This document shows, one piece after another, positions 50,329 through 63,006 of a stretch of DNA of 64,000 bases. The notes beneath the pieces were generated by a model that searched no databases, was not told the DNA's origin, and was given only the letters and a program-made list of their open reading frames with translations. The translations under genes and the position numbers were made by a program. The stretch is from Octopus sinensis. Lineage: Eukaryota. Each line of letters begins with the position of its first letter. Position 1 is the stretch's first letter. The DNA lies in contig NC_043021.1 in NCBI RefSeq assembly GCF_006345805.1, forward strand, positions 16,492,001 through 16,556,000. Direction: 5' to 3'.

Positions 50329-50713
50329 TCTTTATATATAAAAGTGAGGCTGTGTGCTGTCTGTCTCCTACGATTTAGATTCCTAACTACTCCCACCTTT
50401 TGCAGTGCAGTTTAACCAAAACCGGGTGTCTTGTAGTTGTGATTCATATCGAGCCCTTCTGGGTATTAGCATGAGTCTACGATTTAAAAAAAAATTTACC
50501 ATCAATTTTTCCCATTTTTAATGCATTTTTGGCATATATAAGGGAAGTAACTCTCTAGAAATTTATTATTAAATCTCAGAACGTAAAAAGCTACAGTAAC
50601 ACCCCCCCTTTGTGGTTAGCCATATTCAGATGGCTATTATACTTTACATCTCTAAAAATGCTTATATAGTTATTTCCCTTACAAACCCGAGCAACGCCGG
50701 GCGATACTGCTAG
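50329..50713 (+). mobile_element. Non-autonomous Helitron (385 bp)
   Basis: A|TC 5' end; 3' hairpin CCCG-A-GC-AAC-GC-CGGG (50686-50701); CTAG|T 3' end; no TSD. Confidence 0.85.
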
Positions 50714-50916
50714 TTCTTGATAAGGCATTCACATCTGCTGGACAGCTGATCTCTACAACAATGCATGTATTTTATTCCCCTGCGCCATAGAACAATATCT
50801 GGTTCATTGTATTTATGTGAGATTGCTGTTTTTATAGGAATATTCCTCTAGTAATCTATATTTTTAATAATGTAGCTACATTCTATTTACGTATGAATGT
50901 ATGCATATATACACAT

Positions 50917-51297
50917 GTGTGGAGGCGCAATGGCCCAGTGGTTAGGGCAGCGGACTTGCGGTCGTATGATTGCGGTTTCGATTCCCAGACCGGGCGTTGT
51001 GAATGTTTATTGAGCAAAGACACCTAAAGCTCCACGAGGCCCCGGCAGGGGATGGTGGTGATCCCTGCTGTACTCTTTCACCACAACTTTCTCTCACTCT
51101 TACTTCCTGTTTCTGTTGTACCTGTATTTCAAAGGGCCGGCCTTATCACTCTCTGTGTCACGCTGAATATCCCCGAGAACTACGTTAAAGGTACACGTGT
51201 CTGTGGAGTGCTCAGCCACTTACACGTTAATTTCACGAGCAGGCTGTTCCGTTGATCGGATCAACCGGAACCCTCGTCGTCGGAACCGACGGAATGC
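50917..51297 (+). mobile_element. tRNA-derived SINE, family S4
   Basis: GTGGAGGCGCAATGGCCCAGTGGTTAGGGCAGCGG head with A box and TTCGATTCC B box. Confidence 0.8.
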
Positions 51298-52155
51298 TTC
51301 CCCATATTCACATGTGCACTACATTCTTCCTAGATTCCTTTTTATTTTCTGTTATTTTTCCATACACAATATTGAAATTTGATTTTAAGATTTTTTTTTG
51401 TTTTTAGAAACTTTGCGAGATAGAAAATAAATCATTTTAATGATGGAATTCTGAGTAGATAAAGCTACAAATTATAGTATGTAGGTTATTGGATTAAAAA
51501 AAAAAAACTCTTGCATAGAAAAAAATGTCATGGTAGCACATCTGTCATGTTTGGAGATTATTGAAATGATTTGCATCGATTTGGGCCTTTTAATTTAACC
51601 CTTTGCCATTCGGATTAGTGTTTGATGGGTCAATAATCCGAATGTTGACCCTTTAGTATTTAGATTACTCTGTACCAAATGTAATGCTTGTTCGTTCAAA
51701 TCATTTGGAATTAATCATGCATTATCTTGTCTCCTTGGGATTTCAATGATGTGATTGTTTAGTTTTAGAATGACATTGTAGGGTAGGTGTGAGAGGCCAG
51801 ATCTGGCCAGTTTGAAAATAAATCAGGTAGAATATTTAGGCTGGACATGGTCAGTTAAGATGCTAAATGGTTAAACTTATACGGAGTTTTCCTAATGATT
51901 TTCTGTTTACCTTGTGAACTTACTAAAGTGTGTGCATGTATGTATTTGTTTTTAACAGTGGAACTTGAAGCAGATAAAGCTATAAATAATAGTATGTAAA
52001 TATTAGGTTAGAAACCCCTTTTGATAGAAAAGTCAAAGTCTTTTTCTAACCAAAGGCATTTTTTAGTAGCTTTATCTTTAAGTTCCAATGTTTAAAATGA
52101 ATTACTTTATGCTTCTCAAAGTTCTTATATTCTCATGACATAAATAGTATATATA

Positions 52156-52560
52156 GGCGCAGGAGTGGCTGTGTGGTAAGTAGCTTGCTTACCAACCACA
52201 TGGTTCCGGGTTCAGTCCCACTGCGTGGCACCTTGGGCAAGTGTCTTCTACTATATCCTCAGGCCGACCAAAGCCTTGTGAGTGGATTTGGTAGACGGAA
52301 ACTGAAAGAAGCCCGTCGTATATATATGTATATATATATGTGCGTGTGTGTTTGTGTGTCTGTGTTTGTCCCCCTAGTATTGCTTGACAACCGATGCTGG
52401 TGTGTTTATGTCCCCGTCACTTAGCGGTTCGGCAAAAGAGACCGATAGAATAAGTACTGGGCTTACAAAGAATAAGTCCCAGGGTCTAGTTGCTCGATTA
52501 AAAGTGGTGCTCCAGCATGGCCACAGTCAAATGACTGAAACAAGTAAAAGAGTAAAGAGT
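52156..52560 (+). mobile_element. Full-length SINE S1
   Basis: GGCGCAGGAGTGG head through to the AGTAAAAGAGTAAAGAG tail. Confidence 0.88.
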
Positions 52561-52745
52561 AAGTTAGTTAGTTAATTTTTTGGCTCAAAAAGCAAAAAGC
52601 AAGGCCATTTAGGGGGACATGGAGTTATGTACAGGGTGGTGTTCATGTAAAGAGTTCAGGCCACTTGTGGTCAAGGGAGACTTTGAACCGAGCGGTCGTC
52701 GGCATCTTCACCATCTCGTCCGGCAGCTTATACACACTTATGCAA
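52561..52745 (-). pseudogene. CR1-clade LINE extreme 3' end with (TAAC)n tail
   Basis: Minus strand encodes YKLPDEMVKMPTTARFKVSLDHKWPELFT-stop, then a short UTR and TAAC repeats. Confidence 0.7.
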
Positions 52746-52801
52746 AAACACACACACACACACACATTATCCAGTGCACCTCCTCATTTACCCTCCTGTA
52801 C

Positions 52802-52850
<49 letters not shown>

Positions 52851-53412
52851 TTATAAACATGTAGCTGCCATCAGTGTCTCTCTCCCATTACCTTTCTGCT
52901 ATTACTGTCTCTCTTGTTACTCCTCAAGCAATGTCCCTCCTCTTCCAGTCTATCACTCCAACAACCTTGTAGATAAAGCTGTAATAGTGTGCAATGATTG
53001 GATTTATAATCCTTTTACATAGAAAAAAGTGGCAATATTTGTGTGTGTTTTTGTGTTTCTTGATCCCCCACCAATACCATTGCTTAACAAACGGTGTTGG
53101 TTTGTTTACATCCTCCTAACTTAGTGATTTCAGTAAAGACACCGACTGAACAAGTACCAGACTTACAAGTGGTGGGGTCAATTTATTTGATTAAATTCTT
53201 CAAGAGGTGTCCCAGCATGGGGTAACAGGGAGTACCCTTAATTAAAATGGTGGGTGCATCCAACTGTAGAAACCATGGTGAAGTATAGCGTTTACGTGAG
53301 TTGTGATCTCCTGGCCCTGCGTAGGCATGCAATAACCCTGAAAAGTAAACCATGACAACCCATCCAGGCCTTGTCAGCATAAAAAGCTGACAGAAAAGGA
53401 TGATAGGGTTAG

Positions 53413-53445
<33 letters not shown>

Positions 53446-53454
53446 TTGGATAAA

Positions 53455-53880
53455 TGATATCCCATAGTGGGTTACACTCATAACCCCTATCTCACTTTGT
53501 ACTTATATATATATTTATATATGTGTATGTATATATGTGTGTGTGTATGTATATATGTGTGTGCATGTATGTATATGTGTATGTATATATGTGTGTCAAT
53601 GTATGTATATGTGTGTGCATGTATATATGTGTGTGGATATCCCATAGTGGGTTACACTCATAACCTCTATCTCACTTTGTACTTATATATGTATTTATAT
53701 ATGTGTATGTATATATGTGTGTGTGTCTATGTATATATGTGTGTGTATGTATATATGTGTATGTATGTATGTGTGTGCATGTATGTATATGTGTGTGCAT
53801 GTATGTATATGTGTGTGTGTGTATGTATGTATATATATGTATAAGTATATATAAGTGTGTGTGTGTGTGTATGTATGCAT
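53455..53880. repeat. 180-bp tandem duplication merging into GT/TA microsatellite
   Basis: GATATCCCATAGTGGGTTACACTCATAACC.CTATCTCACTTTGTACTT at about 53456 and 53636. Confidence 0.85.
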
Positions 53881-53884
53881 ATAT

Positions 53885-54060
53885 ATATTGATAGAAATGG
53901 TAAAGCAACAAAAGAATGAAAGATACCTTGATATGTAAATAGAGGAATTTATCTGTAAATATAATTATTCGGTAGCCATGATAAAACTCCTCTGCCCCGA
54001 CATCTGAAACTCAGTTTTTTCATGGCTACTGAATAATTGTCACATATTATATTTACAGAT
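53885..54060. mobile_element. Diverged relative of the 1-440 element, inverted arrangement
   Basis: Shares TAAATAGAGGAATTTATCT, TAGCCA.GATAAAACTC and CATC.GAAACTCAG..TTTT.TC.TGGCTA.TGAATAATTGTCACATATTAT. Confidence 0.6.
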
Positions 54061-54322
54061 ATATATATATATGTGCATGTGTGTGTGTGTATGTGTATGT
54101 ATGTATTTGTTGTTCTTGTACAAGAATGTTGCTGACAGTGACTTCAAAGTCCAACAATGGCTTAGCTGGCTGAAACTTCAAAGTTACTGTCAGCAACATT
54201 CTTGTATGAAAATAATAAATTCATACTCTACAAAATTATAGAGTAACCCACCAGATTGATGTAAAATTGTTTTTATTATAACTGAACATCAAAACAATCT
54301 ATATATATATATGTGTGTGTGC

Positions 54323-54372
<50 letters not shown>

Positions 54373-54843
54373 TGGAAGGTTTGGAGATGATGTACAGGTA
54401 TTATATATTAGAAGAAATGAGGTACTCAGAAGATCGGATGGTTTTATATTTACAGATATTTATTTATATATTACATTTTTTATATATATATCATATCACT
54501 TAGATCATTAGCTGAAATTTTTTTTTCCTAAGGCCTTAGAACCCCCTTGGAGTCAATATTCTGTCCAGCAGACCCAAAAAAATTATTTCCTTCTTCTTCC
54601 CTCTCCCTTCCCCTCTTTCTCTTTAGCACTCACCCCAGATACAAACACAAACACACACACACACACACACATGTTCTCTCTCTCACTTTCTCCTCATCCA
54701 TCATCCTTTTGTATTGTCTTATATTCCTCCCCACCGCTACGAAACTTTATAAAATTATCAAAATTCCCCACACAGGAACTTAGTTTGATTTGAAAACCCC
54801 ACTAGAATGGGAGAAATCGCTAATGATCTAAGTGATATGATAT

Positions 54844-54875
<32 letters not shown>

Positions 54876-54999
54876 AATGTAATATATAAATAAATATCTG
54901 TAAATATAAACCATCCGATCTTCTGATTACCTCATTTCTTCTAATATATATATATATATATGTATGCATATATTGTGTGTGCGTGTGTACATAATATTT

Positions 55000-55740
55000 T
55001 GTCATTTAGTCAGTGTGTTTAACATTCATGTGAGGTATGAAAATGTGTTATGCATGATATTTATGCAGTGTGTTATTATTTTTATTATTATCTATGTAAT
55101 GTGTGTTGAATTCATGGAATATATTATCATCCATGTAATATGCGCTGCCACAATGTATCATTATACATCTGTCATCCTTTGTGTAATATATGTCAAATTT
55201 ATGAAATATTTGTTGTCAGTCATGTAATATGTATCATTATAATGTGTTGTTGTTTATATTTTATAACTTATTCAATATGGACAGCCACAAGGCATTATTA
55301 TTTATGTCTCATCTTTTATGTAATATGTGCTAAATTTATGAAATATGCATTATCAGTTATGTAATATATACTATAATAATATATTATTTATAAGTCATTA
55401 TTTATAGAATATGTCATTATTTATTTAATGCGTGTAGCCATAAGGCATTATTATTTGTGTCATCTTTTATGTAATATGTGCTAAATTTATGAAATATACA
55501 TTATCAGTTATGTAATATGTTATAATTTGTTATTATTTATATAACATCATTTATGCAATATGTAGTACGTGTTAAATTTATGGAATGTATGTTTTTTTTA
55601 TGTAATGTTATCATTTATGCAATATGTGTTATAATGTGTTATTTATATTATCATTTTTGTAATATGTATTATCATGTATGTAATGTATGTTAATATTTAT
55701 GTAACATTGAGTCATTATGTTTTTTTATGTAATAACACGA
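55000..55740. repeat. Degenerate AT-rich tandem repeat
   Basis: Recurring TTATGTAATATGTG; about 90-bp block duplicated at 55283 and 55437. Confidence 0.7.
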
Positions 55741-56129
55741 TTTATTATATAGGCAAAAACTTCCCTTGTAGTTTTGTGTAAGTTTTTTTTTGTTTGTTTT
55801 AAACTTGTGTTCTAAGCACCAGTTTAATTTAAATAGCAATAAATAAAACCATTAACAATTATTTTACTAATTATTCTCCGAATTCATGATTGTTTTGAAA
55901 ATTAATTGGATAACCAATTACTGGAGTCACTAATGAAGTTTTATCCTTTTTTTTTTTGGTTTTTAACTGTGTCCTAAAACATGTTGGCAATTCCATAACC
56001 TCTTCATTAATCTTATAGCATTTAGGTTACTTTGTTACTTATCTACTCACCTTGTTCTGAATTAGTCAGGCATTATCTCATAGCTTTGAAATTTCAGTGA
56101 TGTGTTGGTTTATTTTTAGAATGATATTT

Positions 56130-56965
56130 TACGTGCCACCGGCACGTAAAAAGCACCATCCAAACGTGGCCGATGCCAGCGCTGCCTTAACTGGCTTCTG
56201 TGCCGGTGGCACGTAAAAAGCACCAACCGATCGTGGCCGCTGCCAGCCTCCACTGGCACCTGTGCCGGTGGCATGTAAAAAGCACCCACTACACGTTAGG
56301 AAGGGCATCATGCTGTAGAAACACTGCCAGATCAGACTGGAGCCTGGTGCAGCCTCCTGGCTTCCCAGACCCCGGTCGAACCATCCAACCCATGCTAGCA
56401 TGGAAAACGGATGTTAAACGATGAGATACCAGCGCCGTCTTGACTGGCTTCTGTGCCAGTGGCACGAAAAAGCACCAACCGATCATGGCCGCTGTCAGCC
56501 TCCACTGGCACCTGTGCCGGTGGCATGTAAAAAGCACCCACTACACTCACGGAGTGGTTGGTGTTAGGAAGGGCATCCAGCTGTAGAAACACTGCCAGAT
56601 CAGACTGGAGCCTGGTGCAGCCTCCTGGCTCCCCAGACCCCAGTTGAACTGTCCAACCCGTGCTAGCATGGAAAACGGATGTTAAACGATGTGATACCAG
56701 CGCCGCCTTGACTGGCTTCTGTGCCGGTGGCACGAAAAAGCACCAACCGATCATGCCGCTGTCAGCCTCCACTGGCACCTGTGCTGGTGGCATGTAAAAA
56801 GCACCCACTACACTCACGGAGTGGTTGGCATTAGGAAGGGCATCCAGCTGTAGAAACACTGCCAGATCAGACTGGAGCCTGGTGCAGCCTCCTGGCTTCC
56901 CAGATCCCCGGTCGAACCGTCCAACCCATGCTAGCACGGAAAACGGATGTTAAACGATGATGATA
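56130..56965. mobile_element. Tandemly amplified S2 modules
   Basis: Three copies of AGGAAGGGCATC..CCATGCTAGCA.GG with GGCAC..AAAAAGCACC sub-repeats; period about 250 bp. Confidence 0.8.
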
Positions 56966-57250
56966 TTGAAGGGTAGGTGTGAGAGGCTGGGTCTGGCCAG
57001 TTTGAAACAAAACAGAATATTTGGGCTGGATGTGGCCCTTTTTATATGTTAAAGAGTTAAGCAGCAGCAACAGTAAGCTTTCAGATTACCCTGCCAAATA
57101 TAATGCTTATTTATTCAGATTCTTTGAATTAATCATGTATTGAAATAATATATTTCTAGATCCCTGAGAGAGATTTATACAGTATTAACACGATAAAGTG
57201 GTGGTATGTTGTCAACTTAATGTGACAGTCCCATGAAAGGGAAGAATACT

Positions 57251-57480
57251 ACTCTTTACTCTTTTACTTGTTTCAGTCATTTGACTGCGGCCATGCTGGA
57301 GCACCGCCTTTAGTCGAGCAAATCGACCTCGGGACTTATTCTTTGTAAGCCCAGTACTTATTCTATCGGTCTCTCTTTTGCCGAACCGCTAAGTGGCGGG
57401 GGACATAAACACACCAGCATCGGTTGTCAAGCAATGCTAGGGAGACAAACACAGGCACACAAACATATACACACACACAC
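57251..57480 (-). mobile_element. SINE S1, 3' half
   Basis: Matches the S1 tail region. Confidence 0.8.
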
Positions 57481-57688
57481 TCTTACTACTGCTATTTAGC
57501 CCTAGGAAGCATCACTTCCTGTTGGCCTTGACACATTTCCTGTGTCCTTATTTTTACAAAGGGGGAGATAAGCACCTCCATCCAGCAAAGCCAGCATCCA
57601 GAGAGTATTATCTCATAGTGAGGTTTCAGTGATGTGACTATTTTTGGAAGGACATTAAAGGGTAGATTTGAGAATAAAACAGGCTTAA

Positions 57689-58261
57689 CCCTTTTGTTAC
57701 TCTCCTTATTTTGAGATGCTCTGTGTTTCTTTCAATTACTTTAAATATAAGAATTTAGTAAAATAACTTAGTTATCATTTACCTAGTGTTAGGAACATGT
57801 GAAGGCGCATGGCTCAGTGGTTAGAGCGTTGAGCTTACGATCGTGAGGTTGTGAGCTTGAATCCCGGACCGGGCTGCGTGTTGTGTTCTTGAGCAAGACA
57901 CTTTATTTCACGTTGCTCCAGTTCACTCAGCTGTAGAAATGAGTTGTGACGTCACAGGTGCCAAGCTGTATCGGTCCTTGCCTTTCCCTTGGACAACATC
58001 GGTGACGTGGAGAGGGGAGACCGGTATGCATGGGCGACTGCTGGTCTTCCATAAAACCACCTTGCCCAGACTTGTGACTAGGAGGGTAACTTTCTAGGTG
58101 CAATCCCATGGTCAGTGTCGTGACCGAAGGGGGTCCCAGATCCAGTGTTAGGAACATAAATTGTGACTACGGTCAACTGGTGGAAGATTTTAATTCAAAA
58201 CTTATGTAATCAAGATATTTGTACTACAGAGCCAGTTTCAGCCAGGTTGGTCACAAAAGGG
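57689..58261. mobile_element. piggyBac-like MITE interrupted by a SINE
   Basis: TTAA|CCCTTTTGTTAC...GTCACAAAAGGG|TTAA. Confidence 0.75.
57799..58143 (+). mobile_element. Full-length tRNA-derived SINE S5 with 14-bp TSD
   Basis: TSD AGTGTTAGGAACAT at 57785-57798 and 58144-58157; head GTGAAGGCGCATGGCTCAGTGGTTAGAGCG with a B-box-like TTGAATCCC. Confidence 0.88.
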
Positions 58262-58387
58262 TTAAATGCTAAAAGGTTAAACTGCCGTCTCTACTCTATG
58301 CATGGCCGAACTGTTTGTGATTTCTGCTCCTTCAGTTATAAGCAAGTAAGCACCATCACTTGGTCCTTGGGTGCCTTCAGCTGATTC

Positions 58388-58645
58388 CATCATCATCATC
58401 ATCATTGTTCGACCGTGGTTGAGACAATGGAATTTACTATGTTACGCCAGACTTCACGGTCCATCATAGCATTACGGAGGTCCTGTTGCTGGATGCCTGT
58501 ATCCCTGGAGATTACATCAGGGTAGGAGAGTGTGCGCCCTCTGGTATTGCGAGTAGATGGCTTCCAGAGGAGAAGAGTAGAAATTACTTCTTTTTCAGCT
58601 CTACAACAATGTCCAGCAAACTGGACTCTCCTACCTTTCACAAGA
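58388..58645 (-). pseudogene. RTE-like LINE 3' end with (ATG)n tail
   Basis: Minus ORF: RRVQFAGHCCR..LLLWKP..RGR..SYPDVISRDTG..L.NAMMDREVWR, then TGATGATG. Confidence 0.8.
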
Positions 58646-59203
58646 TTCCACTCTGTTGCATTCAAACCAAATCTGCACTCCAAGAATATCTTCCCCACTT
58701 TCTCTTACAAGTCTTTGAGCCACTGAAAATGGTCTTGTCCTTGTCCACTCATCTTCCCTTCTCTGATGAGGCCATTTTAAAAAATATGATAGAATCACAG
58801 TTTCCCATCTGTTGTTGCTTTTTTTTTTGTGTGTGTGTGTGTGTTTCATTTTCTTTAGTCACTAGAGTTTGATTTGAGGGAGATTTAGCTGTTATTTCTG
58901 ATTGGATGTCTCGCAGCTGCTTTTTTTTTTTGTATCTCCTCCCCATTCATTTTCCAAAAAAACACATGCATTCCACCATGGACAGATAAAAAAAGCACTG
59001 GTGATGGTGCCACATAGAAAGCACCCAGTATGCGTTGTAAAGTGGCTGGTGTTAGAAAGGGCATCCAGCTGTAGAAACCATGCCAAAACGGACAAAGAAA
59101 CCTGATGTGGCCCCTGGTCATGCCAGCTCCTATCAAACCATCCAACCCATGCCGGCAAGGAAAAGGACATTAAATTATGATGATGATGATACATACACAC
59201 AAA

Positions 59204-59425
59204 AAGGCGGCGAGCTGGCTGAAATGTTAGCACGTCGGGTGAAATGCTTAGCGGTATTTTGTCTGCCGTTACGTTGTGAGTTCAAATTCCGCCGAGGTCG
59301 ACTTTACCTTTCATCCTTTCGGGGTCGATAAATTAAGTACCAGTTACGCACTGGGGTCGATGTAATCGACTTAATACCTATGTCTGTCCTTGTTTGTCCC
59401 TTCTATGTTTAGCCCCTTGTGGGTA
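59204..59425 (+). mobile_element. Full-length SINE S3
   Basis: GGCGGCGAGCTGGCTGAAATGTTAGCAC head through to CCCCTTGTGGGTAATAAA tail. Confidence 0.8.
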
Positions 59426-60597
59426 ATAAAAAAATGGGTACATACACGCAAAAAGATATTTTCATGATGGAGAATATGTCATCAAATGCAGGAATGAGAA
59501 TATATATATAAAAAAAAAGAAAATTTAACTGGAAAACAACAAGAGAATTGTAAATATATTTATTAGCATGATATTAAAAATACAAAAGTGTTGAAGGGGA
59601 GAATGAATTTGAGGAAAAAAAATAACCTCTTGGAAATATAATTGGTCATGGAATGAATGTATAAAAATGTACCTGTGTCTCAGGGTTTGGGAAAAAATAT
59701 AAAATACAAAAATCATGAGTTCAGTTCAAGCTTATTGAGCCTTTAAATTATTTTATTTTTTTTTTTTATTATTCACAACTGTTTTAAACTTTATCACAAA
59801 AACCAGTGTGGAAGCTTCTATGGAGTTGCTTGGCCTGTTAAGAAAAGCAACCAATTTTTCGTTGACGAATTCCTTAGTGTCTTTAAAATATGGTGGAGTG
59901 AACACATTTGTTCTTTGTTTTTTGGGGGGTTTTTTTGTTTGTTTTTTTTTAATCGTAAACATTGGAGTAATAGGGTCACACAAAAATCAGAAATGGAACA
60001 GGCAGGATTAGAACTCCGATCAAAATGCACACAATTTACACGGGTTAACAAACCTGACATCCAACATCTATGGAACTGGACTGGACAGGACTATACTGGA
60101 TCGGACTGAATTGAGGGAGACTTGACAGGGCCTTGAGGTGGGGGGCATGGATGTGCAAGTGAATTGGGTGTTGAATTAAAGGTCAGTGTTTTGTCTGTGC
60201 TGTACAATGCCTATGGTCAAATCCACCTGGCCCCAAATAGCTGTGAATCCATCGGTTTTTGAAATTAAGTTCTAAACTTCTTTCAGTAAAGCTATTTGTC
60301 TTGTACAAGGCAAGAATTATCTCAACATTATAGAAATCACAGCTAAATGCTCCTAAACGTAGAACCTTTGATGGCCAGAGTAGGAGCAGTAGCAAGCCTG
60401 ACCATCAAGTTGCTCTAAAATGACAAACTGACCCGCTCCCTGCTAAAGATCGGAACTGACCATAACCATTCCAGAATAAGACCTATAACTAAATTCATCA
60501 TAAACACATGAGTTTAACTTTAACCCCACTGAGAAAGAATATTCTTTCAATTCCACTGCATCTTAGGCAAGTCTCTTCTTTGAAACGCACTGCATAG

Positions 60598-60995
60598 TAA
60601 TATAATAATAATAATAATAATTGTGTACAGTGCTCAGGTGCACTACAACTCATCTAAAGTGTATATATAATCAGGTGTAGTTTCGGCGGATTTCGGAAAG
60701 CATGAGGGCCTTAAAGGATGCAGTGTCATGGCAGTCAACAACTGACAAAGGCAGTTTATTCCATGCTTCAGCAACTCTGAGCGTGAAAAAATGTTTCCGA
60801 AAGTCATGGGAGCTGTGTTGTTTTCTGACTTTGTAGGCATGTCCACGTATGTTGGACACATGGAGATCAAAAAGGTGTTCAGTGTTGTTGTTGGTGAGGT
60901 GGTTGATAACTTTGTGGGTGTTTACCAAGTCCGTCGCCAGATGCCGGAGCTTCAGTGAATCCATGCCCAGGGTAACTGAGGGTATGTCTTCATTT
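60598..60995 (-). pseudogene. CR1-clade LINE 3' end with (ATT)n tail
   Basis: SLKLRHLATDLVNTHKVI...RGHAYKV...RKHFFTLRVAEAWNKLP..VVDC..TASFK, a CR1 C-terminus. Confidence 0.85.
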
Positions 60996-61247
60996 ATATT
61001 TCACTACACAGCAACCAGGACAGTTGTCCTTCAATCTTTTTGCACGGCATTTTTGGACTAGCATACTTTTTGCACAACCGTTGTGTGTCACCTGGGACAA
61101 GGGTCAACAAAGTTCAAAAGAGCCAATTTGAAATTAAACACTGATCCGATAACAGAAGCAATGGCTGGTTTCGATTGAGTTGATGCTGAATGTGTGAGAG
61201 TGTATGTAGGGGTGGGGGACACACAATTGAACAACAGCAGCAGTAAC

Positions 61248-61615
61248 AGTGGAGGTGCAATGGCCCAGTGGTTAGGGCAGCGGACTTGCAGTCGGAGGAT
61301 CGTGTTTCAATTCCAAGACTGGGCGTTGTGTGTGGTTATTGAGCGAAAACACCTAAAGCTCCACAAGGCTTCGGCAGGGGGTGGTGGCGACCCCTGTTGT
61401 ACTCTTTCTTCCTGTTTCTTGTCCCCGACTTCCTACGCAACCGCTGAGCCTGGATGCGCATTCATCCATCCGTCGATGCTCTCAGTGTCAGGGTTTTACC
61501 TACTTTCTCTTCTGCGGGTCTTACGAATGCAAAGGACCACGTTTCGGACTTCTCCCATCTTGCGAGCTCTGGGACGAAGACCGTTTGATCAACAGCAACA
61601 GCAACAACAACAACG
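61248..61615 (+). mobile_element. SINE with S4 head and a different 3' tail ending in (CAA)n
   Basis: First about 155 bp match 50917-51075, then diverge into ACGCAACCGCTGAGCCTGGATGCG...GACGAAGACCG. Confidence 0.7.
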
Positions 61616-61904
61616 ACCACCACCACCACCACTGCTGCCACAACAATAACAGCAACAATAACACTTATTGTCATGCATAATTTCACTTTCAAAGTTACTT
61701 TTGTTAATAAATAAGAAAAAAAAAACATTAAGAAATGAGGTTAGACTGGCATGAACATCACAACAACACATTAATCTCTTGCTGTTGTTGCTGTGGGCCA
61801 TAATAATAATAATATTAAAAAAAACTAATATAAACAATGCCAGGTAAAGGTATGTGTGTGGGTGGGGGAGGGTTAACTGAGTAAATACAATAACATTGGT
61901 TTCA

Positions 61905-62760
61905 AATTTCGGCACAAGGCCAGCAATTTCAGGGGTCAGGCTAAGTCAATTACATCGACCCCAGTGTTTCACTGGTACTAATTTTATCAACCCTGAGAGG
62001 ATGAAAGGCAAAGTCGACCTCGGCAAAATTTGAACTCAGAATATAAAGATGGACAAAATGCCGCTAAGTATTTTGTCTGGCATACTAACAATTCTGTCAG
62101 CCTGCCGCCTTGCTACACACAATAATATCAATGATAGTAAGTGTTGTTGTTGTTGTTATTATTATTATCATTAAGGTGGCAACCTGGCAGAATCATTAGC
62201 ATGCTGGGCGAAATGCTTAATGGTACTTTGTCTGCTGCTACGTTCTGAGTTCAAATTCCGCCGAGGTCGACTTTGCCTTTCATTCTTTCGAGGTCGATTA
62301 AATAAGTACCAGTTACACACTGGTGTCGATGTAATCATCTTAATCCATTTGTTTGTCCTCTCTGTACTTAGCCCCTTGTGGGTAGTAAAGAAATAGGTAT
62401 TTCGTCTGTCTTTACTTTCTGAGATCAAATTCCGCCAAAGTCGACTTTGCCCTCCAACCTTTCGGGGTCGATTAAATAAGTACCATAAGTACCAGTTATG
62501 CACTGGAGTTGATGTAATCGACTTAATCCCCTCTCCCAGGCTGCCGTTGTGGCAAAATTTGAAATCATTATTATTATTATTAGTAGTAGTAGTATTATTA
62601 TTATTATTATCATTAAGGCAGTGAGTTGACAAATATCAGCTTGCCAGACAAAATGCTTAGTGGCATTTTGTCTGTTTATACATTCTGAGTTCAACTTTGG
62701 CCTTGATACAATGAGTATTGGCTGAGCAAGCACCAGGCTCCGGGTAATTATCAGGCCTTG
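61905..62760. mobile_element. Cluster of S3 SINE copies in both orientations
   Basis: Minus copy at about 61905-62115; plus copies at about 62175-62390, 62395-62560 and 62615-62700. Confidence 0.7.
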
Positions 62761-62959
62761 TGCCTATGGTAGAGAGGGTTATTGTTATTATGACCATCAT
62801 CAAAATTATTCTTTGTACATGGAGTGTGGGTGTGGAAGAGCACTGGAAGCCAAAGGTAAATGGTAATTAATTGATAAATTACAAAGTTCCTTCTTGTATT
62901 ACTGTTGTTGTTAGCATGTGAAAACTCAGTAATGTTATTTTATTACATACATGTGTGCA

Positions 62960-62969
62960 TATTTGTGTG

Positions 62970-63006
<37 letters not shown>

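Noticed and set aside
50917-50995. tRNA genes at SINE heads (also 52156, 57799, 61248)
   Set aside because: tRNA-like A/B boxes continue directly into SINE bodies, and no complete cloverleaf or acceptor stem is evident.
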